Sequence record: OQ446694.1
DNA length: 64,000 bases
Source of the DNA: Escherichia phage Killian
Direction: 5' to 3' (one strand)
Part shown: positions 48,370 through 61,073 of the stretch, piece after piece
Layout: the number at the start of each line of letters is the position of its first letter
Position numbering within the stretch: position 1 is the stretch's first letter
Made by a program: the position numbers and the translations under genes
The notes under the pieces: generated by a model
Seen by the model: the letters and a program-made list of their open reading frames with translations, nothing else
What the model was told of the DNA's origin: nothing
Database searches by the model: none

Positions 48370-48588
48370 TTATGCTTTCTGCTTACCAAAACGAGAAGCA
48401 TCATCTCGAAGAACCGCACGTGCTCGGCGCATGATCTTCTCAACAGTTTGATTGATACGAGAGTTCGACCCACGCTTGTAACCAGCGCGTTTAGAATCAC
48501 CAACTTTCTTTTCAACTGCTTTCTTTGCTTTAGCTTGTTTTGCCATTATAAATTCTCTTTTAAATGAAAATGCAGGACTTATTGGCAT
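48370..48588 (-). CDS. small basic protein (T4 30.8/30.9-like)
   Basis: 72-aa Lys/Arg-rich ORF, possibly starting at internal MAKQAKAKK; terminator immediately downstream. Confidence 0.55.
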   Translation of the reverse strand: MPISPAFSFKREFIMAKQAKAKKAVEKKVGDSKRAGYKRGSNSRINQTVEKIMRRARAVLRDDASRFGKQKA

Positions 48589-48666
48589 TGCCTGCGCAAG
48601 CCCTCAAGGGGAACATAGGTTTTTGAATATTTAACGACCAGGATAACCATAAACCCGTCATCATAC

Positions 48667-48915
48667 TTACTTCAGTGTTACCACAAAATGACGAACTGCT
48701 TTTCGTGCAGCAGAAGCCAGTGGCTTAGCATATTTAAGTTCATCTTTTTCCTGAAGCTCAGCAGCTAATGCAGTTTGAGCAGGATTTAGATGTTTGAAAT
48801 AACGCAGGATTTCAAGAGCTTCGGCTTCAACATCAATAGATGCGCCATAGTTTTCGTGACCATTATTCCATGCGTTTCGTTGCAGTTCAAGAGCGTGTTG
48901 TAATTGTTTAATCAT
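48667..48915 (-). CDS. rIII: rIII lysis inhibition accessory protein
   Basis: 82 aa as in T4 rIII; position next to gene 31. Confidence 0.85.
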   Translation of the reverse strand: MIKQLQHALELQRNAWNNGHENYGASIDVEAEALEILRYFKHLNPAQTALAAELQEKDELKYAKPLASAARKAVRHFVVTLK

Positions 48916-49054
48916 TTAAAAATTCTCGTTAGAGATTAAAACTCGGTAGTCACGTTCTTCTGAATTTCATCTTCTTTCGACAGATCTCTCAGTTGTAGAC
49001 TACCACATAGAATTGTTCGGTTAACTTATTATTCCGACACCCAATTCATATTAT

Positions 49055-49062
49055 TATTTATA
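49055..49062 (-). promoter_or_regulatory. T4 late promoter upstream of rIII
   Basis: TATAAATA on - strand abutting the gene 31 stop, ~140 nt upstream of rIII. Confidence 0.5.
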
Positions 49063-49398
49063 TCACTTATAAAGACACGGAATAGCTTTATAGTGACAGG
49101 TAACGAATTTTTGTTTAATTTCTTTTGGCTGCTTAAGACCCAGAGCTACAAAAGGATGCGGAACGTTTCGAATTTGACCAACTGGAAGAGAAGTCAAATC
49201 ACCAACTTCACAGAAACCTTCAGGAACATCAGGACCAACAGAGTGAACTACACACAGTTCAGGAACTTCACCTTGAACACGTTTACCGATAATAAGTCCT
49301 GATTCTGTAACTTCTTCATCACCGGCTTGTGCAGGTTCAGAAACTAAAATAACATATTCACCGACAGCACGAATTGGTAGCTGTTGTACTTCAGACAT
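49063..49398 (-). CDS. 31: co-chaperonin gp31 (GroES-like)
   Basis: 111 aa, starts [22 protein letters not shown]. Confidence 0.93.
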
Positions 49399-49428
49399 CG
49401 TTTTTCCTTTTTGTTAACAGATGAATTA

Positions 49429-49455
49429 ATAATAACAAATAATTCTTAAAGCATT
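49429..49455 (-). promoter_or_regulatory. candidate MotA-dependent middle promoter for gene 31
   Basis: on - strand aaTGCTTtA, 12 nt, TATTAT, ~30 nt upstream of gene 31 ATG. Confidence 0.4.
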
Positions 49456-49763
49456 TATTTACCAATAAATTGAAGCAAATGCTCAGCTTTCATACCATTA
49501 ACGGAAATCAATTTGTCAATAGAAAAACCTCGCCATGCACCAAGCTCAACATCAAATACTGGAATCATATCAGTAGATTCTTTCCGAGCAGATTCAGTCA
49601 ATTTACCAGTTTGCATGGTTGGCATAAAGTCCGCATCACGAGTGCCTTTCATAGTACGAATAGTACCATCAGACTTTTCAAAAACTACGTTTGAAATCCC
49701 CATGGACAATTTAGTTTTCAAAATTTCACGAATTGCTACTTTTTGTTCAGTCGTTAGTTTCAT
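49455..49763 (-). CDS. hypothetical protein (T4 31.1-like)
   Basis: 102-aa ORF. Confidence 0.6.
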   Translation of the reverse strand: MKLTTEQKVAIREILKTKLSMGISNVVFEKSDGTIRTMKGTRDADFMPTMQTGKLTESARKESTDMIPVFDVELGAWRGFSIDKLISVNGMKAEHLLQFIGK

Positions 49764-50000
49764 TTATTTACCTATTACAGTTTTAATATGGGTTGTTCCA
49801 CGTTCTTTAAGAGTGGAAAGCAATTTTTGGCATTTTTCTAAATCAGATTTCCAACTATACGGCCTATCAATACAAACCCATTCTGACTTATAATACTGCT
49901 TCCATTTAGAGAAAAAATATTTCTTATACTCTACAGCAAATGAAATGTTCTCGTTAGAATAAGAACTAATTGCTGTGAGCTGTACCAAACGAAATTTCAT
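49764..50000 (-). CDS. hypothetical protein (T4 31.2-like)
   Basis: 78-aa ORF. Confidence 0.55.
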   Translation of the reverse strand: MKFRLVQLTAISSYSNENISFAVEYKKYFFSKWKQYYKSEWVCIDRPYSWKSDLEKCQKLLSTLKERGTTHIKTVIGK

Positions 50001-50581
50001 TATTCACCACAGAATTCGTTGATGTTTTCCCAGTTTAACTTATTCAAGTTTTTCTTAGGAACATTAAACACTTCAATACCTGCATTTCGCAGAATATCAT
50101 CCCAGCCAGGTTTATTTTTATCGTATGTTTCGCAATAAACCAGCTTTTTAATACCAGATTGAGCTATCGCTTTTGCGCAATCTGGGCAAGGAGAAAGTGT
50201 TACATACATAGTAGCACCTTCAATTGAAGAACCATTTCGTGCAGCAAACAAAATCGCATTTAGTTCAGCATGAATTTCATTTTTAGACGACCATTCAGAG
50301 TGAGCACTACGGTGTTCTTTCGCTAAGACAAAACGATCAGTTGAACCAAACGATACACATTCAGGCTTATGGCCTTGAATGATAGTATGTTTAGGCTTAT
50401 TCAGCAACCAACCTTGCTCAGCAGCATAATCACAACAGTTCACACCCCCGGCAGGTGAACCATTATATCCGGTAGAAATAATACGTCCATTCTTTTCAAT
50501 TACTGCTCCTACCTTCCAGGAGCAACATTTTGATTCTTGCGATACTAAATATGCAATTTGAAGTACTGTACTCGCTTTCAT
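50000..50581 (-). CDS. cd: dCMP deaminase
   Basis: 193 aa; zinc-binding cytidine/dCMP deaminase motifs (H-x-E ... CPDCAKAI). Confidence 0.93.
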   Translation of the reverse strand: MKASTVLQIAYLVSQESKCCSWKVGAVIEKNGRIISTGYNGSPAGGVNCCDYAAEQGWLLNKPKHTIIQGHKPECVSFGSTDRFVLAKEHRSAHSEWSSKNEIHAELNAILFAARNGSSIEGATMYVTLSPCPDCAKAIAQSGIKKLVYCETYDKNKPGWDDILRNAGIEVFNVPKKNLNKLNWENINEFCGE

Positions 50582-50916
50582 TTCATAATCACCAGATAAG
50601 CAGATTTAGCAGTTTCAACACGATAAATTTCGTGACGAAGTTTAGTTATACTTTTAATAACAGAACTAATTATATTCTGCCCATCTTTAAAGCGGTTTTT
50701 CTTATCAATAAAAATTGCGCCAACAATCTTTTTGTGAAGCTCAACTGGATACTTCGTCACAATAATAGCATCATACACAGAAGGATGAATACTATTCACT
50801 AGAGTGTCATTCATTAAAGTTATTCTAATGAACTGTGCTGTTTCAGAATCAAGCGCTCTATGATCGCCAGTATCATTTTCAAGACAATTATCAATTATAT
50901 CAGTTAAATTCATCAT
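50578..50916 (-). CDS. hypothetical protein (cd.1-like)
   Basis: 112-aa ORF. Confidence 0.55.
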   Translation of the reverse strand: MMNLTDIIDNCLENDTGDHRALDSETAQFIRITLMNDTLVNSIHPSVYDAIIVTKYPVELHKKIVGAIFIDKKNRFKDGQNIISSVIKSITKLRHEIYRVETAKSAYLVIMK

Positions 50917-51149
50917 AGTACGCCATACACCCTTTGTGCTTCAACTAATCCATCAAAATCCAGTTTAAGATGTGTTATTTGGTCACCATCACCTGGATTC
51001 ACAATTACTAATACTGAACGAGGAGTTTCGGTAATAACACGAACCGATGTTTCAGGAAATCGTTCAGAAACCTTATTTACCAATTCCTGAGCAAATAGTT
51101 TAACTTTTTCTTGGAATTCTTTAACAGTAATTGGTTTTTCACTTAGCAT
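50913..51149 (-). CDS. hypothetical protein (cd.2-like)
   Basis: 78-aa ORF. Confidence 0.55.
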   Translation of the reverse strand: MLSEKPITVKEFQEKVKLFAQELVNKVSERFPETSVRVITETPRSVLVIVNPGDGDQITHLKLDFDGLVEAQRVYGVL

Positions 51150-51673
51150 GTTGATCCCAGCTCCTTACTTTCAACGTTTTTAACTAATTTGACAGAAACT
51201 AATTCAGCATCTTGTGTAATCATTACCGGGCCTTCTTCATACTCTTCAAGATATTCTAGAGCTTTCTTTTTAGCTTCTTCCTTCGTATCAGTTTGAGCAT
51301 AGATATAAAACATGCAACCACCAGTAATACCTACTACTTTCCACTTAATTTCTTTATCAGTTTTAATTTCAAATTTACTGACAGAATCATCTTTTTGAAC
51401 TTCTTCGAAAAAAGAATATTCTAACATATAAGCAATTGAAAATAGCGGGCTAACTTTATAGGATTCGCCCATTACATCAACAGCTTTATACCAGCGGTCA
51501 TCAATTTCGCGTTTAATGCTAATAACATTTTTCGCAGGATCTATTTTTACTTTAAATGAATTTTCCCCAATAAACTGGGCAATTCGTTTATTAGCCCCGC
51601 AAGTTTCATTAAAAATATCTTTATATCCAGCTTTAAAGCGATAAACCTTATCTTCTTCAAACCATTCGCTCAT
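51143..51673 (-). CDS. hypothetical protein (cd.3-like)
   Basis: 176-aa ORF. Confidence 0.6.
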   Translation of the reverse strand: MSEWFEEDKVYRFKAGYKDIFNETCGANKRIAQFIGENSFKVKIDPAKNVISIKREIDDRWYKAVDVMGESYKVSPLFSIAYMLEYSFFEEVQKDDSVSKFEIKTDKEIKWKVVGITGGCMFYIYAQTDTKEEAKKKALEYLEEYEEGPVMITQDAELVSVKLVKNVESKELGSTC

Positions 51674-51735
51674 TTCAATTTCCTCATTTGTTTTGGTAGA
51701 GCTATAATATCACAACTCTACCATAAAGTAAACTA

Positions 51736-52011
51736 TTAAATTGCTTTGAATTCTGATGTCTGCGATTCAAAACGAATATCACCTTTGATGACTAGCTCAG
51801 CGTCAAGACCGAATACGACAATGATATGCGCGGAACCTGGATACAGCGTAATGGCAATAGAATCCACCTGGTCTGGAAGCAAAGTGTTCAATACATGAGT
51901 CACTTGAGCATGAATTCGAAGCTCGGCAGCGTTATCAAGCTTTTCAAACATATTATTAGCAATAATTTGGCTAAACACTACTTCTACGATTTTAGAATAA
52001 GTCGGAAACAT
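51736..52011 (-). CDS. hypothetical protein (cd.4-like)
   Basis: 91-aa ORF. Confidence 0.55.
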   Translation of the reverse strand: MFPTYSKIVEVVFSQIIANNMFEKLDNAAELRIHAQVTHVLNTLLPDQVDSIAITLYPGSAHIIVVFGLDAELVIKGDIRFESQTSEFKAI

Positions 52012-52013
52012 AT

Positions 52014-52206
52014 TTACCTCACATAATTTTCTTCAAGCCAATCAATAACATCCAATGCATTATCAAAAGTTGAACCATCTACTTTATCTTCTGTTTCATA
52101 ATCAAGAACATCTAAGCCTACTCTTCCATCAACAATAGGCCATAAACAAAATAGATATTTCTTTTCTTTTTCAATTTTATCACAAAGTCGATAAATCTTT
52201 TCTATG

Positions 52207-52214
<8 letters not shown>
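52014..52214 (-). CDS. hypothetical protein (cd.5-like)
   Basis: 66-aa ORF. Confidence 0.5.
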
Positions 52215-53625
<1,411 letters not shown>

Positions 53626-53629
<4 letters not shown>

Positions 53630-53862
53630 TTATTTTTCTCAACCAATGATTGAATATAATCATGCAGGTCTTTAGATGCTTTACCCCACTTATTTTGGTA
53701 TTCATTTTTAAGATTAGCACGTGATTGAGCTAATAAAACATCATTAGTTGGAGGTAAAGATTCTAATCGTTGAATCTGGCGTCCATAAATCATTGCAGCC
53801 ATCTCAGATTCATAAATCAATCCTTTGAGATGTTCAAATTGATGCCATGAAATCATTTGCAT
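53626..53862 (-). CDS. hypothetical protein
   Basis: 78-aa ORF. Confidence 0.45.
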
Positions 53863-54152
53863 TTATCCTCTTTTAGCTCTTGACGATAATAACATATCAT
53901 AGTTTTCTGATCATGTACATATCGTTTTACATCATTAAGCCAAATACGAAATTCCTGGGAATCTTCAAATGGCATACCGACCCAAGCTTTACCATCAATA
54001 ACTTTAACTTGCCAAGATAGTTTAGCTTCATCGTATGACTTTATTTGTACTGGCCAATTAGGATGAACTGTTTCTTTCTTTACTTCTAGAGGCTTTGTCG
54101 AACAACCAACTAGAAGACCAATAGATAATATTACTGCTGATAGTTTAATCAT
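53853..54152 (-). CDS. pseT.2: outer-membrane spanin (o-spanin lipoprotein, Rz1-like)
   Basis: 99 aa; signal peptide with lipobox LLVGC; C-terminal Cys residues. Confidence 0.65.
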   Translation of the reverse strand: MIKLSAVILSIGLLVGCSTKPLEVKKETVHPNWPVQIKSYDEAKLSWQVKVIDGKAWVGMPFEDSQEFRIWLNDVKRYVHDQKTMICYYRQELKEDKCK

Positions 54153-54502
54153 TTAGAAAGGTCCTGGATGTCTTCTGCGAACTTATTGAAGGAGTTGTTG
54201 ATTTGTTTTTCAACCAATCCTGGCTTATGAGCCACCACATCCGCCTTCTTTGCGTCTTTGCGCAGTTTTTCATTTTCACGCTCAATAGCAGCAATTGCCT
54301 CACGATTTTTATTATTCATCGCATCAATATAATTATACTGAATTCGCAAATTATTTAATGCTAAAGCGTTTTCATTGGCCGTTTTTGTAATTTCAGTAAC
54401 CGATGTTTCTAATCTTTCTACCTTATTTTTTAAAATAATAGATGTTCCGCCAAATGCTATTACAAGTAATAGCAATCCAGCTGTAAAATTACTTACATGC
54501 AT
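54149..54502 (-). CDS. pseT.3: inner-membrane spanin (i-spanin, Rz-like)
   Basis: 117 aa; N-terminal TM helix then coiled coil; overlaps o-spanin gene start. Confidence 0.65.
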   Translation of the reverse strand: MHVSNFTAGLLLLVIAFGGTSIILKNKVERLETSVTEITKTANENALALNNLRIQYNYIDAMNNKNREAIAAIERENEKLRKDAKKADVVAHKPGLVEKQINNSFNKFAEDIQDLSK

Positions 54503-54999
54503 AAAGTTTTAATAACCTCTACAATATCGTCTTGAGAAAGACCGTTAATTAAAATGTGATGTTCAGCCGGAGATTTAGAAATTTTAAAGCATGCCTCAAC
54601 ATCTTCTGCCATATCTGACGCGTTACGATTTGGATTACTAATTCCAAGACGATGTTTTCCAGTTAAAGGATTAACGATGATATAGCATTTACAGTTGTTA
54701 ATATGAACATTAGGTTGAGTCTGATTAATGAATACATCACAATCATATTTCGCAAGCTGATTTTCTAAAAAGACTTTCATCTCCTCAACTGCATCAGGAA
54801 GCATATCACGGGCTTGCTCAAGACGACGATTTCGATATTCTTTAATGGTCGTTTTCCGCTTGACTTGCTTAGCTAAATCTTTCTTAAGATCGGTGATATA
54901 TCCAACTCGACGATTTCCTTTAAATACAGAAATCCCATCTGTAGTATCACCGTATGCTTCAACGACCATTTCAGTAGTAATAAGCTGTAAATCCATCAT
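54493..54999 (-). CDS. alc: Alc, inhibitor of host transcription
   Basis: 168-aa ORF (167 aa from second Met), position between spanins and rnlA; early promoter directly upstream. Confidence 0.75.
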   Translation of the reverse strand: MMDLQLITTEMVVEAYGDTTDGISVFKGNRRVGYITDLKKDLAKQVKRKTTIKEYRNRRLEQARDMLPDAVEEMKVFLENQLAKYDCDVFINQTQPNVHINNCKCYIIVNPLTGKHRLGISNPNRNASDMAEDVEACFKISKSPAEHHILINGLSQDDIVEVIKTLCM

Positions 55000-55027
55000 A
55001 AAGTCCTCATGTTATGTCAGTAAGTCT

Positions 55028-55057
55028 ACTGTAACACAACATGAGGGACTTGTAAAC
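55028..55057 (-). promoter_or_regulatory. T4 early-type promoter upstream of alc
   Basis: on - strand GTTTAC, 18 nt, TACAGT; shares -35 block and 20-nt leader with 39510-39539. Confidence 0.55.
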
Positions 55058-55060
55058 AGC

Positions 55061-56648
<1,588 letters not shown>

Positions 56649-56654
56649 AATAAA

Positions 56655-56669
56655 ATGGGCCTTGCGGCC
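56655..56669 (-). other. hairpin between nrdB stop and denA start codon
   Basis: gggcc-gcaa-ggccc located between an AAGGA Shine-Dalgarno-like element and the denA ATG. Confidence 0.55.
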
Positions 56670-56675
56670 CACTCC

Positions 56676-57854
56676 TTAAAAATATTTTTTAAAACTCATC
56701 ATAACTTTATCATCAACATCATTATCAATCTGTGCAACAAGGTAAGATGACAGTTCTACTTCTTGTGGCGCGGATTGAACATTATCAGAATTAAGATATT
56801 CACGAATCCAAGGATATGGATGTTTAACCGGAGCATCGGTAATTGGGCATGGAAGACCGCACTGTTTCATACGAGATACAGTTAAGTAATCAATAAAGCT
56901 CCGCATGCTATTTGTATTTAATCCAGGAACATCACCATCTTTAAATAAATGAACTGCCCAGTCTTTTTCTTGACGGTTAACTTCCATGAAAATATCAACT
57001 GCTTCTTGTTCACACTCTTGAGCAATTTTAACCCATTCATCGCCATCAGTACCGGATTGAAGTTGACGAATAATATATTGGGTGCCTTTAAGGTGAAGCT
57101 GCTCATCACGTGCAATGAACTTCATAATCTTGGCATTACCTTCCATGATTTCCATGTTCTTATGGAAGTTAAAGGTACATGCAAAAGATACATAAAAACG
57201 AATAGCTTCTAAGGCATTAATAACGTGCAAACAGAGGTAAAGAGATTTCATTAGTGCTCGTTTAGCTTCGGCTTCTTGTTTAATAGCTCGATTTAAACGA
57301 AAAACAGCATCAGGAGATTCTTTAGCTAGTTCTGTAAATTCTTTAGCATTTTCCCATTCACGGGTTTTAGTCAGAACATCATCATAATAGCGACCGATAG
57401 ATTCAGCACGTTTCATGATAGCTTCATCTAGTACAATCTCATCAAATACCTTCGATGGATCAGTATAAAGATTTCGCATGATATGAGTATATGAACGACT
57501 GTGAATAGTTTCACTAAAAGTCCATGTAGCAACCCATGTATCAAGACTTGGGTCTGAAATTAATGACATAAGTACAGCAGATGGCGCACGACCCTGAATG
57601 CTATCTAGAAGTGATTGATACTTCAGGTTATTAGTAAAAATATCTTGCTGATACTGAGGAAGCTTGTTAAATTGTGCAGCATCCATCATCAAGTTTACTT
57701 CTTCAGGACGCCAAAAAAATGATAAAGATTTCTCAATAAGTTCTTCAAATACTCTATGCCGTTGAATATCATATCGAGCTAAACCCAATCCAGAACCAAA
57801 AAACATCGGCTCAGTTAAAATATTAACAGGGGATGTATTAAAAACTGTACTCAT
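56676..57854 (-). CDS. nrdB: ribonucleotide reductase small subunit, uninterrupted (no intron)
   Basis: 392-aa continuous ORF. Confidence 0.93.
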   Translation of the reverse strand: MSTVFNTSPVNILTEPMFFGSGLGLARYDIQRHRVFEELIEKSLSFFWRPEEVNLMMDAAQFNKLPQYQQDIFTNNLKYQSLLDSIQGRAPSAVLMSLISDPSLDTWVATWTFSETIHSRSYTHIMRNLYTDPSKVFDEIVLDEAIMKRAESIGRYYDDVLTKTREWENAKEFTELAKESPDAVFRLNRAIKQEAEAKRALMKSLYLCLHVINALEAIRFYVSFACTFNFHKNMEIMEGNAKIMKFIARDEQLHLKGTQYIIRQLQSGTDGDEWVKIAQECEQEAVDIFMEVNRQEKDWAVHLFKDGDVPGLNTNSMRSFIDYLTVSRMKQCGLPCPITDAPVKHPYPWIREYLNSDNVQSAPQEVELSSYLVAQIDNDVDDKVMMSFKKYF

Positions 57855-58492
57855 TTAGAATCCTTAAATTTACATTTATCATAATGCCATCTTAAAGCAT
57901 TGCCTTTATTAACTTTCTTGCCACAATGCGGACAAGGCGGATACTCTGTACCTTGCTTAGTTCTCAAAGAGATCAAATCACGAGTTTCTTTAGTATGAGG
58001 AACATCTCTTGTCGGAGAGATTGTACCATACATCGGATTAAGCACGCCGACTTTAGCAGCAGCTATATTCTTTTTAGCTTCTTCGGTTTTAGGTTTTCTC
58101 ATGCGAGCTAAATGCTCTTTGGTAAATTTCCTTCCTTTAAGAGCTCTACTTATCTTTTCTCTGGTTTCTATAGAAACTTCACGTCCTATAGCAGCTTCAG
58201 ATAAACGTCGTCTACCTAATTCGTATAGTTGAGAAGAAATTTTATATGAGCGATTTTTACCAGTCAAGCACATTAAACCAAAAGCTTTCTTTAATCCTGG
58301 CGTGTCATATATTTTACATAAAAGCCAATGAGCTATAAAATGCTCTCTACCTGTTAATTCAACTAAATTTTCTTTATCATCAGAACCTCCCATACATCTA
58401 GGGATTATATGATGAGTCTCTTTATATCCTAATAAAGGTTCCCGGGTTTTAGCCCGGGAAATTAAACTATTATATACGTTTTGATAATTCAT
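57851..58492 (-). CDS. mobE: HNH homing endonuclease between nrdA and nrdB (mobE-like)
   Basis: 213 aa; ETHHIIPRCMGG HNH motif, NUMOD3-like repeats, C-terminal CPHCGKK...C zinc finger; ATG overlaps nrdA TAA. Confidence 0.7.
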   Translation of the reverse strand: MNYQNVYNSLISRAKTREPLLGYKETHHIIPRCMGGSDDKENLVELTGREHFIAHWLLCKIYDTPGLKKAFGLMCLTGKNRSYKISSQLYELGRRRLSEAAIGREVSIETREKISRALKGRKFTKEHLARMRKPKTEEAKKNIAAAKVGVLNPMYGTISPTRDVPHTKETRDLISLRTKQGTEYPPCPHCGKKVNKGNALRWHYDKCKFKDSK

Positions 58493-60756
58493 TACAATTT
58501 ACACGCTGCGCAATCTTCAGCTTTTGGAGTTTCTATTTCATAATCATCAGTACCAGAACCATCGCGGGTATTATGATAATAGAAATTTTTTCCGCCAAAA
58601 TACCAAAAGTACAAAAGGTCATCAATCATTACAGACATTGGAACCTTTCCTTTTGGAAAAATCTGCGGGTCATAATATGTATTCGCTGAAGCTGATTGAC
58701 ATACCCATTTCAGCATAATAGCTACCTGCGTAAGATAAGGTTTATTACCTTTCTTAGCTAATTTCCACGTATAATCATAGAGGTCTATGTTATGTTCAAT
58801 ATTGGGCACGACTTGATTAAAGGAACCCTCTTTTGATTCTTTAACCGAGACTGGTCCACGTGGAGGCTCGATACCGTTTGTGCTGTTAGAAACTTGGGAA
58901 GATGACTCACATGGCATAAGTGCTGATAATGTGCTATTACGGATGCCAAAGAGCTTAAGGTCTTCCCGCAGCGACGACCAGTCACAAACGTATTTTGGAG
59001 CTGCGATTTGGTCAATCTTTTTATTGTACCAGTCGATAGGTAATTCGCCTCGAGACCAACGAGTGTCTGAATAATATTCGCAAGGTCCTTTTTCTTTGGC
59101 GAGCTTAATGGATGCTTTAATGAGTCCATACTGCAATCTCTCAAATAGTTCATGTGTTAAATCGTTAGCATCTTCATAAGAAGCAAAGTTACTTGCCAGC
59201 CAAGCTGCATAGTTAGTAACACCTACGCCAAGGTTTCGACGCTTTTTAGCTTTTTCTGCTTCAGGAACTGGATATCCTTGGTAATCCAACAGATTATCAA
59301 GAGCGCGAACTTGAACTTCTGCCAATTCATTAATTTTATCTTGGTCTTGCCAATCGAAGTTATCCAACACAAATGCAGATAACGTGCACAATCCAATTTC
59401 AGCATCAGGACTATTCACATCATTTGTTGGAATAGCAATTTCACAACACAAGTTACTCTGACGAATAGGTGCCTTTTCACGAATAAACGGAGTATAGTTA
59501 TTCGTATTATCAATGAACTGTACATAAATCCTTGCTGTTCCTGATCGTTCAGTCATGAGCAATTCAAATAGTTCACGGGCTTTAATACGCTTTTTACGAA
59601 TATTAGGATCTTTTTCTGCTGCTTCGTATAATTCACGGAAACGGTCTTGGTCTTTAAAATAAGAATAATAAAGTTCGCCACCCATTTCATGCGGACTAAA
59701 CAAAGTAATGTAATCGTTCTTTCCGAATCGTTCCATCATTAGGTCATTCAGCTGAACACCATAATCCATATGACGGATACGGTTTTCTTCTACGCCTTTG
59801 TTATTTTTCAAAACGAGAAGATTTTCAACTTCCAAATGCCAAATAGGATAATAAGCAGTAGCAGCGCCGCCACGAATTCCGCCCTGTGAACATGATTTAA
59901 CAGCAGTCTGAAAATGTTTCCAAAAAGGAATAACACCAGTATGACGCACTTCACCTGTGCCAATCTTAGAACCTTCGGCACGAATCATACCAACGTTAAT
60001 ACCAGTTCCAGCGCGTTTGGAGATATATTCAACAATTGAAGCAGAAGCTTTGTTAATAGACTTCAGCGAATCACCTGCTTCAATAACAACGCATGAACTA
60101 AACTGCCGAGTTGGAGTACGGCAACCAGCCATAATAGGAGTTGGTAATGAAATCTGTCGAGTAGATACTGCTTCATAAAAACGAATAACATGTTTTAATC
60201 TATCAACAGGTTCATCTTGATGCAGTGCCATTCCAATAGTCATAAATGCAAACTGCGGAGTTTCATAAATTTGACCAGTGGTTTTATCTTTAACTAGATA
60301 TTTTTCTTTTAATTGCATTGCCCCGGAATAAGTAAATTCCATATCCCGCTCATGCTTAATTTTTGATTCTAAAAATGTAATTTCTTCGGCAGAATATTTT
60401 GACAACAATTCAGGGTCGTATTTACCTTCATTTACACAGTAAGAAATATGGTCAATAAATGAACGGGGCTCATACTGCCCGTAAACATGCTTACGAAGAG
60501 CGAACATTAAACAGCGTGCAGCTACATATTGATAATCAGGCTCTTCAACTGAAATAGAATTCGCGGCAGCCTTAATTACAATAGTTTGAATGTCATCAGT
60601 GGTCATTCCATCACGGAGATATGATTTAATATTTTCATATAATTCATAAGGATCTACAGATGTTCCTTCAGCTGCCCAAGATAAAACTTTAATAATTTTT
60701 TGCGGGTCAAAGCTCTGAGAAACACCACTACTTTTGATAACATTAATTAATTGCAT
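58492..60756 (-). CDS. nrdA: ribonucleotide reductase large subunit
   Basis: 754 aa; N-terminal ATP-cone and class I RNR catalytic region. Confidence 0.95.
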   Translation of the reverse strand: MQLINVIKSSGVSQSFDPQKIIKVLSWAAEGTSVDPYELYENIKSYLRDGMTTDDIQTIVIKAAANSISVEEPDYQYVAARCLMFALRKHVYGQYEPRSFIDHISYCVNEGKYDPELLSKYSAEEITFLESKIKHERDMEFTYSGAMQLKEKYLVKDKTTGQIYETPQFAFMTIGMALHQDEPVDRLKHVIRFYEAVSTRQISLPTPIMAGCRTPTRQFSSCVVIEAGDSLKSINKASASIVEYISKRAGTGINVGMIRAEGSKIGTGEVRHTGVIPFWKHFQTAVKSCSQGGIRGGAATAYYPIWHLEVENLLVLKNNKGVEENRIRHMDYGVQLNDLMMERFGKNDYITLFSPHEMGGELYYSYFKDQDRFRELYEAAEKDPNIRKKRIKARELFELLMTERSGTARIYVQFIDNTNNYTPFIREKAPIRQSNLCCEIAIPTNDVNSPDAEIGLCTLSAFVLDNFDWQDQDKINELAEVQVRALDNLLDYQGYPVPEAEKAKKRRNLGVGVTNYAAWLASNFASYEDANDLTHELFERLQYGLIKASIKLAKEKGPCEYYSDTRWSRGELPIDWYNKKIDQIAAPKYVCDWSSLREDLKLFGIRNSTLSALMPCESSSQVSNSTNGIEPPRGPVSVKESKEGSFNQVVPNIEHNIDLYDYTWKLAKKGNKPYLTQVAIMLKWVCQSASANTYYDPQIFPKGKVPMSVMIDDLLYFWYFGGKNFYYHNTRDGSGTDDYEIETPKAEDCAACKL

Positions 60757-61073
60757 AAGTCCTCAACTTGAAAATCGTCTTTAAACAATCGGTTAACTAT
60801 ATGAGCTATTATATCACCATGACACGGCTTTGGTTTACATGTGCATCCTAGCCTCATTCCACGTAAAGGCTCTAAATGTGCTTTAGTTATTTCTCCGGAT
60901 TTAATTCGACGTATAAAATCTTTTTTGAATAATTCAATGGCAGCCTCCCGGCTGCCAGCATCTTTACCGACGTAATTTCCCCAAAATGTACCACGGTGAA
61001 TATTAACATCAAAGTCGGATTTATATTTATTCACTACCTGGCATAGACGGCCCGCGCGGTGATAATTCGTCAT
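60747..61073 (-). CDS. hypothetical Cys-rich protein (nrdA.1-like)
   Basis: 108-aa ORF with [13 protein letters not shown]. Confidence 0.6.
   Translation of the reverse strand: MTNYHRAGRLCQVVNKYKSDFDVNIHRGTFWGNYVGKDAGSREAAIELFKKDFIRRIKSGEITKAHLEPLRGMRLGCTCKPKPCHGDIIAHIVNRLFKDDFQVEDLCN

Noticed and set aside
48261-48515. 84-aa ORF on the - strand overlapping the 72-aa basic ORF
   Set aside because: The terminator hairpin at 48346-48363 lies inside it; the alternative frame (48370-48588) ends just before the terminator and is preferred.
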